Positions 27,888 through 37,997 of a DNA stretch of 64,000 bases are shown piece after piece. The DNA is taken from NCBI GenBank assembly GCA_049604715.1, contig JBMYTV010000004.1:22535-86534 (forward strand), written 5' to 3'. Position numbers and translations under genes: made by a program. How positions within the stretch are numbered: position 1 is the stretch's first letter; each line of letters starts with the position of its first letter. The DNA is from Patescibacteria group bacterium (GTDB lineage: Bacteria; Patescibacteriota; Patescibacteriia; S139-126; S139-133). A model generated the notes under the pieces. That model saw nothing but the letters and a program-made list of their open reading frames with translations, searched no databases and had not been told where the DNA came from.

Positions 27888-28304
27888 ATGGCAAGTAAAA
27901 ATACCTACAATTTATACGGTATCGCATTGACTGCTTGTTTTATATTGGCAGCGATTATATTACCTATGTGCCAGACGTACATGATGGATCATGCTAATAT
28001 GGCGCATACAGAACAGGCACAATGCTGTGGTGCTGACGAGTCAAATAGCGAGCTGGTCGCAGCTCATCACATTGCTTACTTCAAGACAATGTATAATGGG
28101 TTAGCAAGTAAGGGCACATTCGCTTTACTTCTTGGATTGGCAGCTTTATTTTTCGTATCGGCATTCCTGGTCTGGTCGCGTAAAGATTTCTCTCATGTAT
28201 TTCAACGGTTAGAACACCATTCAAAACTACCAGAGATACCACTGTGGAATTTTCTACAGATGGCGTATGCTCAAGGGATAGTTCAGAGTAAGCACTTGGA
28301 TTAA
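27888..28304 (+). CDS. Hypothetical 2-TM protein with Met/His/Cys-rich loop
   Basis: MCQTYMMDHANMAH...CC...HH; ATG at 27888. Confidence 0.65.
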   Translation: MASKNTYNLYGIALTACFILAAIILPMCQTYMMDHANMAHTEQAQCCGADESNSELVAAHHIAYFKTMYNGLASKGTFALLLGLAALFFVSAFLVWSRKDFSHVFQRLEHHSKLPEIPLWNFLQMAYAQGIVQSKHLD

Positions 28305-28379
28305 CAATATACGTTCACGTTTTTTAGTTGTGTCAGTTTTTTTGCTGATACACATCTTTATTAATCTAACGTAACGTAT

Positions 28380-29153
28380 ATGGACAAACCAAGTGTTTTT
28401 GACGTTATAGGGCCTGGGAAAACCTTTGGTCTCGGTATCGTCACTGCGATCCTCATAATTTGTACTATTGGATTTTTCGTTCTTTTGAGCGGTAAGTTCG
28501 ACGGCACAGCTACAGCCAAAAGTACAGATACCACTCAAGTAGTAAAAACTGGAACTCAACCAACGCCAACACAACCAACCGCACCACAGCCTGCAGGAAC
28601 TGGTGAAATACAATTAGCAGCTGTCACTGAAAGTGATTGGGTAAAAGGAAACCGTAATGCAAAAATCAGCATTGTGGAGTTTTCTGATACAGAATGTCCT
28701 TTTTGTAAACGATTCCACCCAACCATGCAGCAAGTCATTGATACGTATGGTGATGATGTGAATTGGGTCTATCGGCATTTTCCGCTAGATTCTCTTCATC
28801 CAACTGCACGTAAGGAAGCAGAAGCTACTGAATGTGCAGGTGAACTTGCTGGCAATGATGGTTTCTGGGCATATCTTGATCGATTGTTTGAAGTTACTCC
28901 ATCAAATAATGGTTTACAGCTTTCACAACTCCCGCAAATTGCTGAAGATGTAGGAATTAATAGAGCAAAGTTTGAAGAGTGTCTTGATTCAGGAAGGCAC
29001 GCTAATGCGGTACAAGAAGAATATCAGCAGGCCGTAGCTGCCGGAGGAAGAGGTACTCCTTATTCAGTATTGGTGGTTGGTGATGAAAATATACCAGTTT
29101 CAGGTGCAGTGCCATTTGAACAGTTGAAATCAATTATTGATTCTCAATTATAA
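28380..29153 (+). CDS. DsbA/BdbD-family thiol-disulfide oxidoreductase
   Basis: VEFSDTECPFC, YRHFPL, GTP; N-terminal TM. Confidence 0.92.
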   Translation: MDKPSVFDVIGPGKTFGLGIVTAILIICTIGFFVLLSGKFDGTATAKSTDTTQVVKTGTQPTPTQPTAPQPAGTGEIQLAAVTESDWVKGNRNAKISIVEFSDTECPFCKRFHPTMQQVIDTYGDDVNWVYRHFPLDSLHPTARKEAEATECAGELAGNDGFWAYLDRLFEVTPSNNGLQLSQLPQIAEDVGINRAKFEECLDSGRHANAVQEEYQQAVAAGGRGTPYSVLVVGDENIPVSGAVPFEQLKSIIDSQL

Positions 29154-29162
29154 ACTTAAGAG

Positions 29163-29738
29163 ATGATGAAGAAATACATTTCACAAGTAGTAACTGCAAT
29201 GAAGCAAGTATTTAGTACGTGGCAGTACTGGTTAGTAAGTCTTGGAGTGGCAGCAATGATAGTTCTGATAACAATTTTGCTTTCACAATACCAATTCATT
29301 GCTACCATTCTTGATTCAGAGCTGTTTGATTCAAAAGTGAAATTCAAAGCAATACTCAGTTCTTTGGGATCTTTCCAAACTAATTTGACGCTAGAAGATC
29401 AAGTCTTTGCTGTGGCCATAGCATTACTTTCGGGAGTTACTATGGCAATTGTTGTGTATTACTTTAAGCATAGATTTTCCCTTCAAATGGCAACTGGTAC
29501 GAGCTTTTTGGGAGTCTTGGTTGGATTGTTTGGTGTGGGATGTTCTGCGTGCGGATCGGTAGTTGTTTCTACTATTTTTGGAATCGGAGCAGCAAGTGCT
29601 TTTTTAGGAGCATTGCCATTCAAAGGAACTGAGATAAGTATATTGAGCATACTGATATTACTTGGCTCAATATACATGATTGCAAAGAAAATAGTTTCAC
29701 CAGATGTGTGTGAAATAAAACCTTCTTCATCGTCTTGA
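29163..29738 (+). CDS. 4-TM membrane protein with CxxC (possible DsbA redox partner)
   Basis: GVGCSACG within the membrane region. Confidence 0.7.
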   Translation: MMKKYISQVVTAMKQVFSTWQYWLVSLGVAAMIVLITILLSQYQFIATILDSELFDSKVKFKAILSSLGSFQTNLTLEDQVFAVAIALLSGVTMAIVVYYFKHRFSLQMATGTSFLGVLVGLFGVGCSACGSVVVSTIFGIGAASAFLGALPFKGTEISILSILILLGSIYMIAKKIVSPDVCEIKPSSSS

Positions 29739-29759
29739 GACACTTTAAAGACGAATTAT

Positions 29760-30581
29760 ATGAAAAATAAGAAATACTTTATTGGAGGAATAGTAGTCCT
29801 TGTGCTTATCATTGGCGCTTTTATGTTAGGTAAAGGTGAGACCAATGAAGCGCAGGCACAGGGCAAGTTAGAAGTAGCTGAAACACATTATGACTTTGGT
29901 ACAATTGGTCTTGATAATGTAACCCATCCTTTTACTGTGAAGAATATTGGTGCAGGACCTCTAACCATTGAACGAGTATCAACATCATGTGGCTGCACTA
30001 CAGCCCAACTTAAGCAGGGTAGCAAAACCAGTGTTCAGTTTGGTATGGACCATGGAAATTTGCCAAAGGCCAACATGACCTTGCAGCCAGGCGAAGAAAC
30101 CGAAGTATTAGTGACATATAACCCACTAGCACATGGATTAAATAACGCAGCAGGACATTTTCGCAGAATTGTTTATATTCAGACCAGTAATCCTAAAGAA
30201 GAACATGAACTCATAGTTGAGATGACGGTTGATCCTGATAAAAAAACAGCACAGGAAGCTCAAATAGAATTTGATAAGCAGTCGTATGACTTTGGTCAAA
30301 TTCCAAAAGAGGGTGGTGTAGTAGAAACGACATTCACTGTATTTAATCGGGGTGGAGAAAGTCTGGCTATCAGTGATATCACCACTTCATGTGGGTGTAC
30401 TAGTGCGGAAATTGCATCAGAAAATATCCGGCCTAATGGTTCTACTAAACTAACTGTTCGGTTTGATCCTGATTTTCACGATGAACCACAAGGCAAGCTA
30501 GAGAGAATAGTCACGCTATTTACCAATGACCCAGAAAACCCTGAGGCTAATGTAGAAATATATGCTGAAATTATTGAATAA
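29760..30581 (+). CDS. Tandem DUF1573 Ig-like protein
   Basis: Two YDFG...F.V.N.G...L.I....TSCGCT repeats. Confidence 0.88.
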   Translation: MKNKKYFIGGIVVLVLIIGAFMLGKGETNEAQAQGKLEVAETHYDFGTIGLDNVTHPFTVKNIGAGPLTIERVSTSCGCTTAQLKQGSKTSVQFGMDHGNLPKANMTLQPGEETEVLVTYNPLAHGLNNAAGHFRRIVYIQTSNPKEEHELIVEMTVDPDKKTAQEAQIEFDKQSYDFGQIPKEGGVVETTFTVFNRGGESLAISDITTSCGCTSAEIASENIRPNGSTKLTVRFDPDFHDEPQGKLERIVTLFTNDPENPEANVEIYAEIIE

Positions 30582-31785
30582 GCTCATAGTCTTTGTCGGT
30601 ATTGGCTTTTTGTTGGCGACCCCTGCTTTTGTTTCTGCTCAACAATCATTTTCTTCAGCTGAAGTTTATTACAACGAAGCATGTGGTGGGTGTAATGTCT
30701 ATTTGCAGGAAAAGTTAATCCCATATCTTGAAGAGCAGGGGTTAGTCGTAGAAATGCATGATTATGTAAACGACAAACAGGCTCGTAAAGACATGAATGC
30801 ATTTCAGGAACGTCTTGGAATTCCGTATGAGCTGCAAAGCCATATCATGACCTTTGTTGATAATGGAAAGTTGGTAATTGGTGGTCATGTGCCACTGGAA
30901 AGGGTAGAGGAGCTGTTTGCTGCAGGTGCATTACCTGACCAACTTGTAGTGTACCAAGATCAGATGCTTGAAATGGGGATCAACCCTGATACGGTGTCGT
31001 ACACGATTTGGCAACCTGATGTTGAAGTAAAAGAGTATGAATTAAATGAACCACTAACTACTTATTTGAGTGAGTGGGAAGTAGGGTCCCTGCAGCCAAG
31101 TAAATGGCAAGAAAAATCATTGTTACCGTTGGTACTGACGACCGGGTTGGTAGACGGATTGAATCCATGTGCATTTGCAGTACTGCTATTTTTTATAGCG
31201 TTCCTGTATTCAATCAGACGGTCGACCAGGCAAGTTTGGTTGATGGGCGCAACGTATATTGCTGGAATTTATCTGATTTATCTCAGTATTGGTCTTGGGT
31301 TATTTCAAGCAGTTACCATTTCCAGTCAACCTCACTTTATTGCTAAAGTGGCAGCGTGGTTAATTATTGGATTAGGTGGTTTGACGGTAACACAACATTT
31401 GTTCCCGCAGTTACCATTTAGATTTCGATTACCATCTTTTTCCAAAGTCACCATTAAAGAATGGCTAACAAAAGCTACCTTACCAGCCAGCTTTATTGCT
31501 GGTGTGATAGTGGGGTTGTGCACATTTCCGTGCTCAGGAGGGATTTATGTAGCAGTTGTGAGTATGTTGACTACGCAGAGTACGTTTGCGAAAGGATTAG
31601 GCTACTTAGCTGTGTACAATGTGATGTTTGTGGTACCACTTATTGCCATTTTGCTCGCGGTTGGGAATAAAAAGTCAGTTGAAAAGGTTGAAACATGGGA
31701 AAAGAAAAAAGCCGGGATGTTCAAATTAATCAGTGGTGTAGTTATGGTTTTGTTGGGACTTAGCATTTTGATTTGGTTTGTTTGA
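30562..31785 (+). CDS. CcdA/DsbD-like transmembrane electron transporter with N-terminal thioredoxin-like domain
   Basis: ACGGC; DGLNPCAF and TFPCSG membrane Cys pair; YN.MFVVPL. Confidence 0.85.
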   Translation: MLKLLNKLIVFVGIGFLLATPAFVSAQQSFSSAEVYYNEACGGCNVYLQEKLIPYLEEQGLVVEMHDYVNDKQARKDMNAFQERLGIPYELQSHIMTFVDNGKLVIGGHVPLERVEELFAAGALPDQLVVYQDQMLEMGINPDTVSYTIWQPDVEVKEYELNEPLTTYLSEWEVGSLQPSKWQEKSLLPLVLTTGLVDGLNPCAFAVLLFFIAFLYSIRRSTRQVWLMGATYIAGIYLIYLSIGLGLFQAVTISSQPHFIAKVAAWLIIGLGGLTVTQHLFPQLPFRFRLPSFSKVTIKEWLTKATLPASFIAGVIVGLCTFPCSGGIYVAVVSMLTTQSTFAKGLGYLAVYNVMFVVPLIAILLAVGNKKSVEKVETWEKKKAGMFKLISGVVMVLLGLSILIWFV

Positions 31786-31795
31786 TGATAACTAT

Positions 31796-32236
31796 ATGAC
31801 AGTTGTATTTATTTCACTAACAGTCATACTGGCAATTTACTTCATCATAGCCTTTTCTCCACTTAAGGTGTGTGCGATTTGTTCTGCGGTGAGCATGACA
31901 TGGCTTGGCTTGTTGTTAACGTATATGCTTGGCATGCATGAAGAGATAGTTTGGTTGGGAGTACTCATGGGGGGAAGTGTAGTTGGATTGATGTACAAGC
32001 TTGATAGTTACTGGAAAGAGAAAAAGTATTCAGGTACATGGCTGCTCAAACTAACAATTATTGTGTTTGGTTTTTTGACCGTCTATGTAGTCGTGAACAC
32101 ACTGTGGACAGATTTTTTCTGGCTTGTGCCATCCATGGTTGTTGTGAGCACGATCGGGGTCATGCTTCTCAGAAGTAATAAGGAAGACAATGTATCTTCA
32201 AAATTACAAAGTAAACTTGATCATTGTTGTGATTAA
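31796..32236 (+). CDS. Membrane protein with CxxC and terminal CC
   Basis: VCAICSAVS.TW, LMGGSVVG, C-terminal HCCD. Confidence 0.7.
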   Translation: MTVVFISLTVILAIYFIIAFSPLKVCAICSAVSMTWLGLLLTYMLGMHEEIVWLGVLMGGSVVGLMYKLDSYWKEKKYSGTWLLKLTIIVFGFLTVYVVVNTLWTDFFWLVPSMVVVSTIGVMLLRSNKEDNVSSKLQSKLDHCCD

Positions 32237-32255
32237 GAATGTAATCTACTGAACT

Positions 32256-32528
32256 ATGGTAACAAAAGACCAAACAAATAAAGAAAAAGCACTTGATAGT
32301 ATTGGATGCGCCAAAGCCAAAGTAAGTAAGATGTTGGTTATGATTGAACACAATGATGATGTGATGACGATAATCCATGAGTCAGAAGCTACCAGACGGG
32401 CATTAAAACGTGCTGACCGCATGATCATCAAACGACATCTGGAGAAAGTTGCGTATGAACAACGTGGTCATACGGGCCAAGCCACTGCACGGGAGTTATT
32501 ATCGTTACTCAAATTTTGGCTAGATTGA
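32256..32528 (+). CDS. CsoR/RcnR-family metal-sensing repressor-like protein (degenerate)
   Basis: MIE....M.II....A...AL......I..HLE pattern; canonical Cys ligands absent. Confidence 0.65.
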   Translation: MVTKDQTNKEKALDSIGCAKAKVSKMLVMIEHNDDVMTIIHESEATRRALKRADRMIIKRHLEKVAYEQRGHTGQATARELLSLLKFWLD

Positions 32529-32552
32529 TTACTAACCTTAAATAGCTATGTT

Positions 32553-33134
32553 ATGAATTTCAAATTACTAATTATTTTGCTGCTCATCATAGGCGGACTC
32601 GGTGTGCTCTGGTCAGTTAGTAGTTTCTTTAGTAGTAAAGGAAATGATAAGTTGGTTCAAAATCAGGAGAACTTTGAGCGAGCAATAAATGCTGAACTCC
32701 CTGATAAGTGTCAGACACCTGTAGGGTATACTAATGATGAATGGCTGGGACATATGTCGCATCATCCAGATAGGTATCAAGAATGTTTGCAGGAAGTTGA
32801 TCTGGATGCTATAGCACGTAAAGATATAGGTTCACAAGATCTGGCATTAATGCTTGAACAAAAAGACTTTGTGTTAATTGATACTCATATTCCAGAGCAA
32901 AAACACATTCCCGGAACTGACGTGTTTATTTCTTTTAACGAAATTACAGACCAACTTTCGCAGTTGCCTCAGGATAAGAATGCAAAGATCGTATTATATT
33001 GCCGTAGCGGCAATATGAGTGAGCGCGCTTCTCAGGATTTGATTGAGCTGGGTTACACCAATGTATACAATTTAGTTGGTGGAACAAATGCTTGGCAACA
33101 GGCTGGTTACTTGGTTGAGGATGTTTCACTATAA
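32553..33134 (+). CDS. Membrane-anchored rhodanese-domain protein
   Basis: HIPGT, IVLYCRSGNMS, LGYTNVYNLVGG..AW; N-terminal C...HMSHHP...C. Confidence 0.9.
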   Translation: MNFKLLIILLLIIGGLGVLWSVSSFFSSKGNDKLVQNQENFERAINAELPDKCQTPVGYTNDEWLGHMSHHPDRYQECLQEVDLDAIARKDIGSQDLALMLEQKDFVLIDTHIPEQKHIPGTDVFISFNEITDQLSQLPQDKNAKIVLYCRSGNMSERASQDLIELGYTNVYNLVGGTNAWQQAGYLVEDVSL

Positions 33135-33139
33135 TAGGC

Positions 33140-33592
33140 ATGAAAAAAGAACTTAGAAACAAAGCTTTATTGTGGGGAGTTATAGCAATACTTGGTATGA
33201 CATTGTTTTATATAGTGATCATGTTACTAACCATGTCACCCAGTGAAGCTTGGTTAAATTTTATTAGCCTCTGGCACTATATCGTAGGAATTATTGTTGG
33301 TTTTGGAATACAGGTTGGATTGTGGGTATATATAAAGAACTGTGGTAAGAGTAGCGCTCATGGAGCAATGCCAGGAGCAAGTGGCACCATGTCTGGCACG
33401 GCCATGGTTGCGTGTTGTGCGCATCATTTAACAGAAGTATTGCCAGTATTTGGGTTAACTGGAGCGACTATATTTCTTACGCAGTATCAAAAACCCTTTC
33501 TCATACTCGGTGTATCAATTAATATTCTTGGTATTGCATATATGCTTCAAATCCTACAGAAGCACCAAAAAATAACTATTAACAGTGAATAA
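33140..33592 (+). CDS. Membrane protein with ACCAHH motif (copper-cluster associated)
   Basis: 4 TM helices; MVACCAHH. Confidence 0.75.
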   Translation: MKKELRNKALLWGVIAILGMTLFYIVIMLLTMSPSEAWLNFISLWHYIVGIIVGFGIQVGLWVYIKNCGKSSAHGAMPGASGTMSGTAMVACCAHHLTEVLPVFGLTGATIFLTQYQKPFLILGVSINILGIAYMLQILQKHQKITINSE

Positions 33593-33596
33593 TTGT

Positions 33597-33983
33597 ATGT
33601 CCAACTACGGATATTCCAAACGATTACAAGTTTCTTTTGATGAAGCGGTTGAACGAGCAGTAACTGCACTCAAAGAGCAAGGGTTTGGTATACTGACAGA
33701 TATAGACGTAAAGGAGACATTGAAGAAAAAATTAGACGTGGATTTTAAACAGTATCGCATTTTAGGAGCATGCAATCCACCTCAAGCGTATAAGGCATTG
33801 CAGTTAGAGGAAGAGCTTGGCTTGTTGTTGCCGTGTAATGTGATTGTGTATGAAAAAGATAGTGATGTAATAGTGTCTGCTTTAAAGCCGAGCGTTGCGT
33901 TCACAATTGTAGAAAATACACAACTTGAGTCAGTAGCTTCAGAGGTTGAACAAATATTAAAACAAGTGATTGATAACGTATAA
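33597..33983 (+). CDS. DUF302 family protein
   Basis: [29 protein letters not shown]. Confidence 0.92.
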   Translation: MSNYGYSKRLQVSFDEAVERAVTALKEQGFGILTDIDVKETLKKKLDVDFKQYRILGACNPPQAYKALQLEEELGLLLPCNVIVYEKDSDVIVSALKPSVAFTIVENTQLESVASEVEQILKQVIDNV

Positions 33984-33987
33984 AAAT

Positions 33988-36222
33988 ATGGCAAAGAAAA
34001 TACAACTAAATATTGAAGGAATGCATTGTGCGTCGTGTGTTGCACATATTGAAGGAGACCTTAAGAAAAAAGAGGGTGTTAAAAGCGCACGAGTCAATTT
34101 TGCAACTGAAACAGGGCAAGTTGAATTTGATGAATCACAGGTTAGCCAAGAAGACATTGTCCAGACAATAAAAAAGACTGGTTATAGCGCAACTCCTTTG
34201 GAAGAACCGTCACATGCTCATCATACGGAACATGGCCATGACAATTCTCATGACCATTCAGCTAGTTCTGGGCAGGATCATTCTGCTCACGCAAGTGCTG
34301 AAAGTGACCGTCAGGTAAAGGACAGGTTGAAGAAAGTAGTTATCGCAGGGGTATCGACTATAGGCATTCTTATTTTGATGGCGGTGCATATCGAGAACGG
34401 GATGTTTATCATGCTGTTGCTTTCATTAGGCGCTCTCTGGGCTGGACAAGAGTTTTTCAAAGTTGGATTTCCGGCACTACTGCGGGGTAGGCCAGATATG
34501 AATACATTGGTTGCACTTGGTGTAACAGCTGCCTTTTTATACTCAACCTACGCAACATTGTTCAATCCAGAACTTGGCGAATACTTTATGGACGTTGGTA
34601 TCATTACTACGTTTATTTTACTTGGACGCTACTTGGAAGCGCGGGCAAAAGGAAAGGCTTCAGAAGCAATTAAAAAGTTATTACAGTTATCTGCCAAAGT
34701 TGCACATAAAGTCGTGCGAGAAAATACAACACAAGATATTCCAGTTGATCAGGTTCAAAAAGGTGATGTGTTGCTCGTCAAGCCAGGAGAGAAAATTCCA
34801 GTTGATGGTGAAATAGTAAAAGGTACCGCAACGGTTGACGAATCAATGGTCACTGGCGAAAGTATTCCAGTTGATAAAAAGGAGAAAGATCAGGTGATAG
34901 GCGCTACTATCAATGGAAATCAGACATTTACTATGAAAGCTCGGAAAGTTGGTTCTGAAACAGTGCTCGCTCATATAGTGAAGCTAGTGCAAGAAGCTCA
35001 AATGTCCAGGGCACCAATACAAAAGCTGGTTGATAAAGTTTCAAAGTATTTTGTCTGGGGAGTGATCATCATAGCTATTGCTACGCTTGCAGGATGGATT
35101 AGTTTTTCAGGCGAAGCAGCACGCGCTTTGATTTACACTGTTGCTGTCCTGATTATTGCCTGCCCCTGCGCTTTAGGTCTGGCAACTCCAATATCTATTG
35201 TAGTTGGTACTGGTCGCGGTGCGTCTTTGGGTATTTTGATTAAAAATGCTGAGGCTCTTGAGAAAATGCATAAAATAACAGTGGTTGCTTTTGATAAAAC
35301 TGGAACAATTACTAAAGGACATCCAGAAGTGCAAGAATGGGTACAGATAAGCAAAGATGCTGATGCGTTACTTCCGGCAGCGCTATCTCTCGAGTCTCAG
35401 TCAGAACACCCACTGGCCAAAAGTATTGTGGACTGGTTTGCTAAGGAGAAGAATGCACTAAAACCATACAACCTTTCTGAGGTTAAGGCAGTCACAGGTA
35501 AAGGTATTGAGGGTAAAGATGAGAATAAAATCTATCGAGTTGGTAGCATAAAGTTTTTATTAGAAAGCAAAGTTACTGTTACTAAAGAGAACAAAAACAA
35601 CATTGAGACCTATGCACAAAAAGGACATACCATCATAGGCTTTGCCAAAGATGGGGAATTGGTAGGTTTCTTTGCTGTTCAGGATGGGCTCAAGGAATCT
35701 TCTGTTGAAGCTATTACTATTCTCAAAAACAGAGGCATCAAAACAGTTATGCTAACAGGAGATAATGAGGCAGTGGCAAAAGAAATAGCTCGTCAGGTGG
35801 GTATTGATGAGGTTAGGGCTGAAGTCATGCCAGAGGATAAAGTGAGCGTTATCAAAGAACTGCAAGACAAGGGTGAATTTGTAGCAATGGTCGGTGATGG
35901 TATTAACGATTCACCGGCACTTGCACAAGCGAATGTCGGTATTGCTATGGGTACAGGAACTGATGTTGCAGTAGAGACAGGAGACGTTGTGTTGGTTAAG
36001 GGTGATCTTATGAAAGCAGCTGAAGCAATCGGTCTATCTGAGGCTACACTTAAAAACATTAAGCAAAATCTTTTTTGGGCTTTTATATACAATACAGTTG
36101 GTATCCCGATTGCGGCTTTGGGATTCTTAAGCCCAGCGTTCAGTGCTGCTGCTATGGCTTTTAGCAGTATTTCAGTTGTATTAAATGCTTTGCGGTTAAA
36201 GAAGGTTAAGATGACAAAATAA
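33988..36222 (+). CDS. copA: Copper-translocating P1B-type ATPase
   Basis: GMHCASC HMA domain, His-rich linker, TGES, CPC, DKTGT, SEHP, GDGIND, YN and MAFSS. Confidence 0.96.
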   Translation: MAKKIQLNIEGMHCASCVAHIEGDLKKKEGVKSARVNFATETGQVEFDESQVSQEDIVQTIKKTGYSATPLEEPSHAHHTEHGHDNSHDHSASSGQDHSAHASAESDRQVKDRLKKVVIAGVSTIGILILMAVHIENGMFIMLLLSLGALWAGQEFFKVGFPALLRGRPDMNTLVALGVTAAFLYSTYATLFNPELGEYFMDVGIITTFILLGRYLEARAKGKASEAIKKLLQLSAKVAHKVVRENTTQDIPVDQVQKGDVLLVKPGEKIPVDGEIVKGTATVDESMVTGESIPVDKKEKDQVIGATINGNQTFTMKARKVGSETVLAHIVKLVQEAQMSRAPIQKLVDKVSKYFVWGVIIIAIATLAGWISFSGEAARALIYTVAVLIIACPCALGLATPISIVVGTGRGASLGILIKNAEALEKMHKITVVAFDKTGTITKGHPEVQEWVQISKDADALLPAALSLESQSEHPLAKSIVDWFAKEKNALKPYNLSEVKAVTGKGIEGKDENKIYRVGSIKFLLESKVTVTKENKNNIETYAQKGHTIIGFAKDGELVGFFAVQDGLKESSVEAITILKNRGIKTVMLTGDNEAVAKEIARQVGIDEVRAEVMPEDKVSVIKELQDKGEFVAMVGDGINDSPALAQANVGIAMGTGTDVAVETGDVVLVKGDLMKAAEAIGLSEATLKNIKQNLFWAFIYNTVGIPIAALGFLSPAFSAAAMAFSSISVVLNALRLKKVKMTK

Positions 36223-36226
36223 TTTC

Positions 36227-37699
36227 ATGAAATTCAGAGCTATTATTAGTATTGTCGTATTTGCATTGATTGCAGGAGGTGGTGTGTGGTTGTATAAAAA
36301 TCAACAAAATACGGAAGGTGTTATTCGGCAAACAAATAGCGATATCAGTAACATCAAACAAGGTTTGCGCAAAGAATTTGCAGATGCTTATGAGAAAGAC
36401 AGCGTACCAAGTGGAAAGGTGGTAGCTTTTGACATGATTGCTGAGCCTAGTACTGTTGAATTATTTACTCAAGATGATGTGGGACTGGAGTTAGATGATT
36501 ATACAACCAGTGTGTGGACCTATAATGGTACGGTGCCAGGTCCTGAGATTAGGATAAAGCTTGGTGATACATTACGACTCAATTTTACTAATAATTTACC
36601 ACAAGAAACGACAGTGCATTTTCATGGCGTGCGAGTGCCAAATGCTATGGATGGAGTGCCAGGAATAACGCAAGAACCTATACAACCGGGCGATAGTTTT
36701 GTATATGAATTTACTCCAAAAGACGCAGGTACCTTCTGGTTTCATCCACATGTGAAGACATCAGAGCAGATGGAACGAGGACTATATGGAACACTGATTG
36801 TCGAGGACGAGATAGACGATCAATACACTCAAGATGTCACATGGGTAATAGACGATTGGAGAATTGGACAAGATTTGCAAATAGATCCAAACTTTAATAC
36901 CATGCATGATTTAATGCATGATGGCAGGTGGGGAAATGTTGTTACAGTTAATGGGAAGCTAGACGAGAAGCTATATGTTAAACCCGGTGAGAGAATCCGT
37001 CTTCGCCTGGTAAACACATCGAATGGACGAGTTTATGTGCCTGTTTTTGCTGGGCTAAAACCTATGGTGATAGCAGTTGATGGAATGTACGTCAAAGAAC
37101 CATTCTTGCTAGATAGATTTGAGCTAGCGCCAGGCAACCGACTTGATATTGATATTACAATTCCGGATAATGAAAGGACGTTCATTGTTTCTGACTATTT
37201 TGGACGTAATGTAAATCCATTAGGTGAGATTATTTCAGAAGGTGCAGTAGTAGCTACACCAGATTTTGAGTATCCGCATAATGATAAAGTTCCTGAATGG
37301 AATGATGTTGCTATTCTCCCTATAAATAAAGAGTATCGATTAAACGCTCGTCGCAAAAGCGGTCATGGCGTGATGGGTGGTATTGAATGGACCATCAATG
37401 ATAAAGCGTTTCCCGAATATGATCCATTTACTTTTGCCTATGATGAAATAAATATCTTTCAGTTTACTAACGAGTCTGCACGCTTGCACCCAATGCATCT
37501 ACATGGACAATTTTTCAAAGTTATTTCCAAAAATGGCCAGATAGCTAATGAAGAATATTTTCGTGATACAGTCTTAGTAGGATCAAAAGAAACAGTAGTT
37601 TTGGCTACCGTACCTCTCGATAAGGGTTCATGGGTTAACCACTGCCATACTCTTGAACACGCTGAAGCTGGGATGCTAACTGTTGTAGAAGTAGAATAA
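36227..37699 (+). CDS. Multicopper oxidase
   Basis: HFHG, WFHPH, HPMHLHG, HCHTLEHAEAGM; N-terminal anchor. Confidence 0.95.
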   Translation: MKFRAIISIVVFALIAGGGVWLYKNQQNTEGVIRQTNSDISNIKQGLRKEFADAYEKDSVPSGKVVAFDMIAEPSTVELFTQDDVGLELDDYTTSVWTYNGTVPGPEIRIKLGDTLRLNFTNNLPQETTVHFHGVRVPNAMDGVPGITQEPIQPGDSFVYEFTPKDAGTFWFHPHVKTSEQMERGLYGTLIVEDEIDDQYTQDVTWVIDDWRIGQDLQIDPNFNTMHDLMHDGRWGNVVTVNGKLDEKLYVKPGERIRLRLVNTSNGRVYVPVFAGLKPMVIAVDGMYVKEPFLLDRFELAPGNRLDIDITIPDNERTFIVSDYFGRNVNPLGEIISEGAVVATPDFEYPHNDKVPEWNDVAILPINKEYRLNARRKSGHGVMGGIEWTINDKAFPEYDPFTFAYDEINIFQFTNESARLHPMHLHGQFFKVISKNGQIANEEYFRDTVLVGSKETVVLATVPLDKGSWVNHCHTLEHAEAGMLTVVEVE

Positions 37700-37703
37700 G
37701 CGC

Positions 37704-37723
37704 AGTCGACAAACTGTTGGTAA
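37704..37723 (+). repeat. Right 20-bp direct repeat bounding the copper cassette
   Basis: AGTCGACAAACTGTTGGTAA, 4 nt after the oxidase stop; followed by hairpin CTCGCCTTC-GCAA-GAAGGTGAG. Confidence 0.8.
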
Positions 37724-37762
37724 CTCGCCTTCGCAAGAAGGTGAGAATGAGCTAGTATACAC

Positions 37763-37791
37763 TGGACTTTTAGGTCTATTAGAGCTAAAAT
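37763..37791 (+). promoter_or_regulatory. Promoter upstream of the structured RNA/thermonuclease
   Basis: TGGACT-17-TAAAAT. Confidence 0.55.
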
Positions 37792-37809
37792 GTCATTGAC
37801 AATTGAGAT

Positions 37810-37965
37810 TACCTAACCCCATAAATATTCGTGTTTATGGGCATGGTAGAAAGACTCGTGAAAGATACTGAACCCTGCGTTCAGCGCTTTCACGAGCCAT
37901 ATGGGGAAACTCATATGGGTCCGCAAGGACCAGCTGGCGTGGGGCTTTGTGTTTCCATAGCCAGC
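37810..37965 (+). ncRNA. Unassigned structured RNA (five consecutive hairpins)
   Basis: Stems capped by UUCG, GAAA and GCAA loops; G-U pairs fit the + strand. Confidence 0.65.
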
Positions 37966-37997
37966 GAGCTTAATAATAGTCTACTAACTACACATCT

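Noticed and set aside
1179-37761. 13-nt match GAGCTAGTATACA at 1179 and 37749
   Set aside because: Matches of this length are expected by chance in 64 kb, and there is no supporting context
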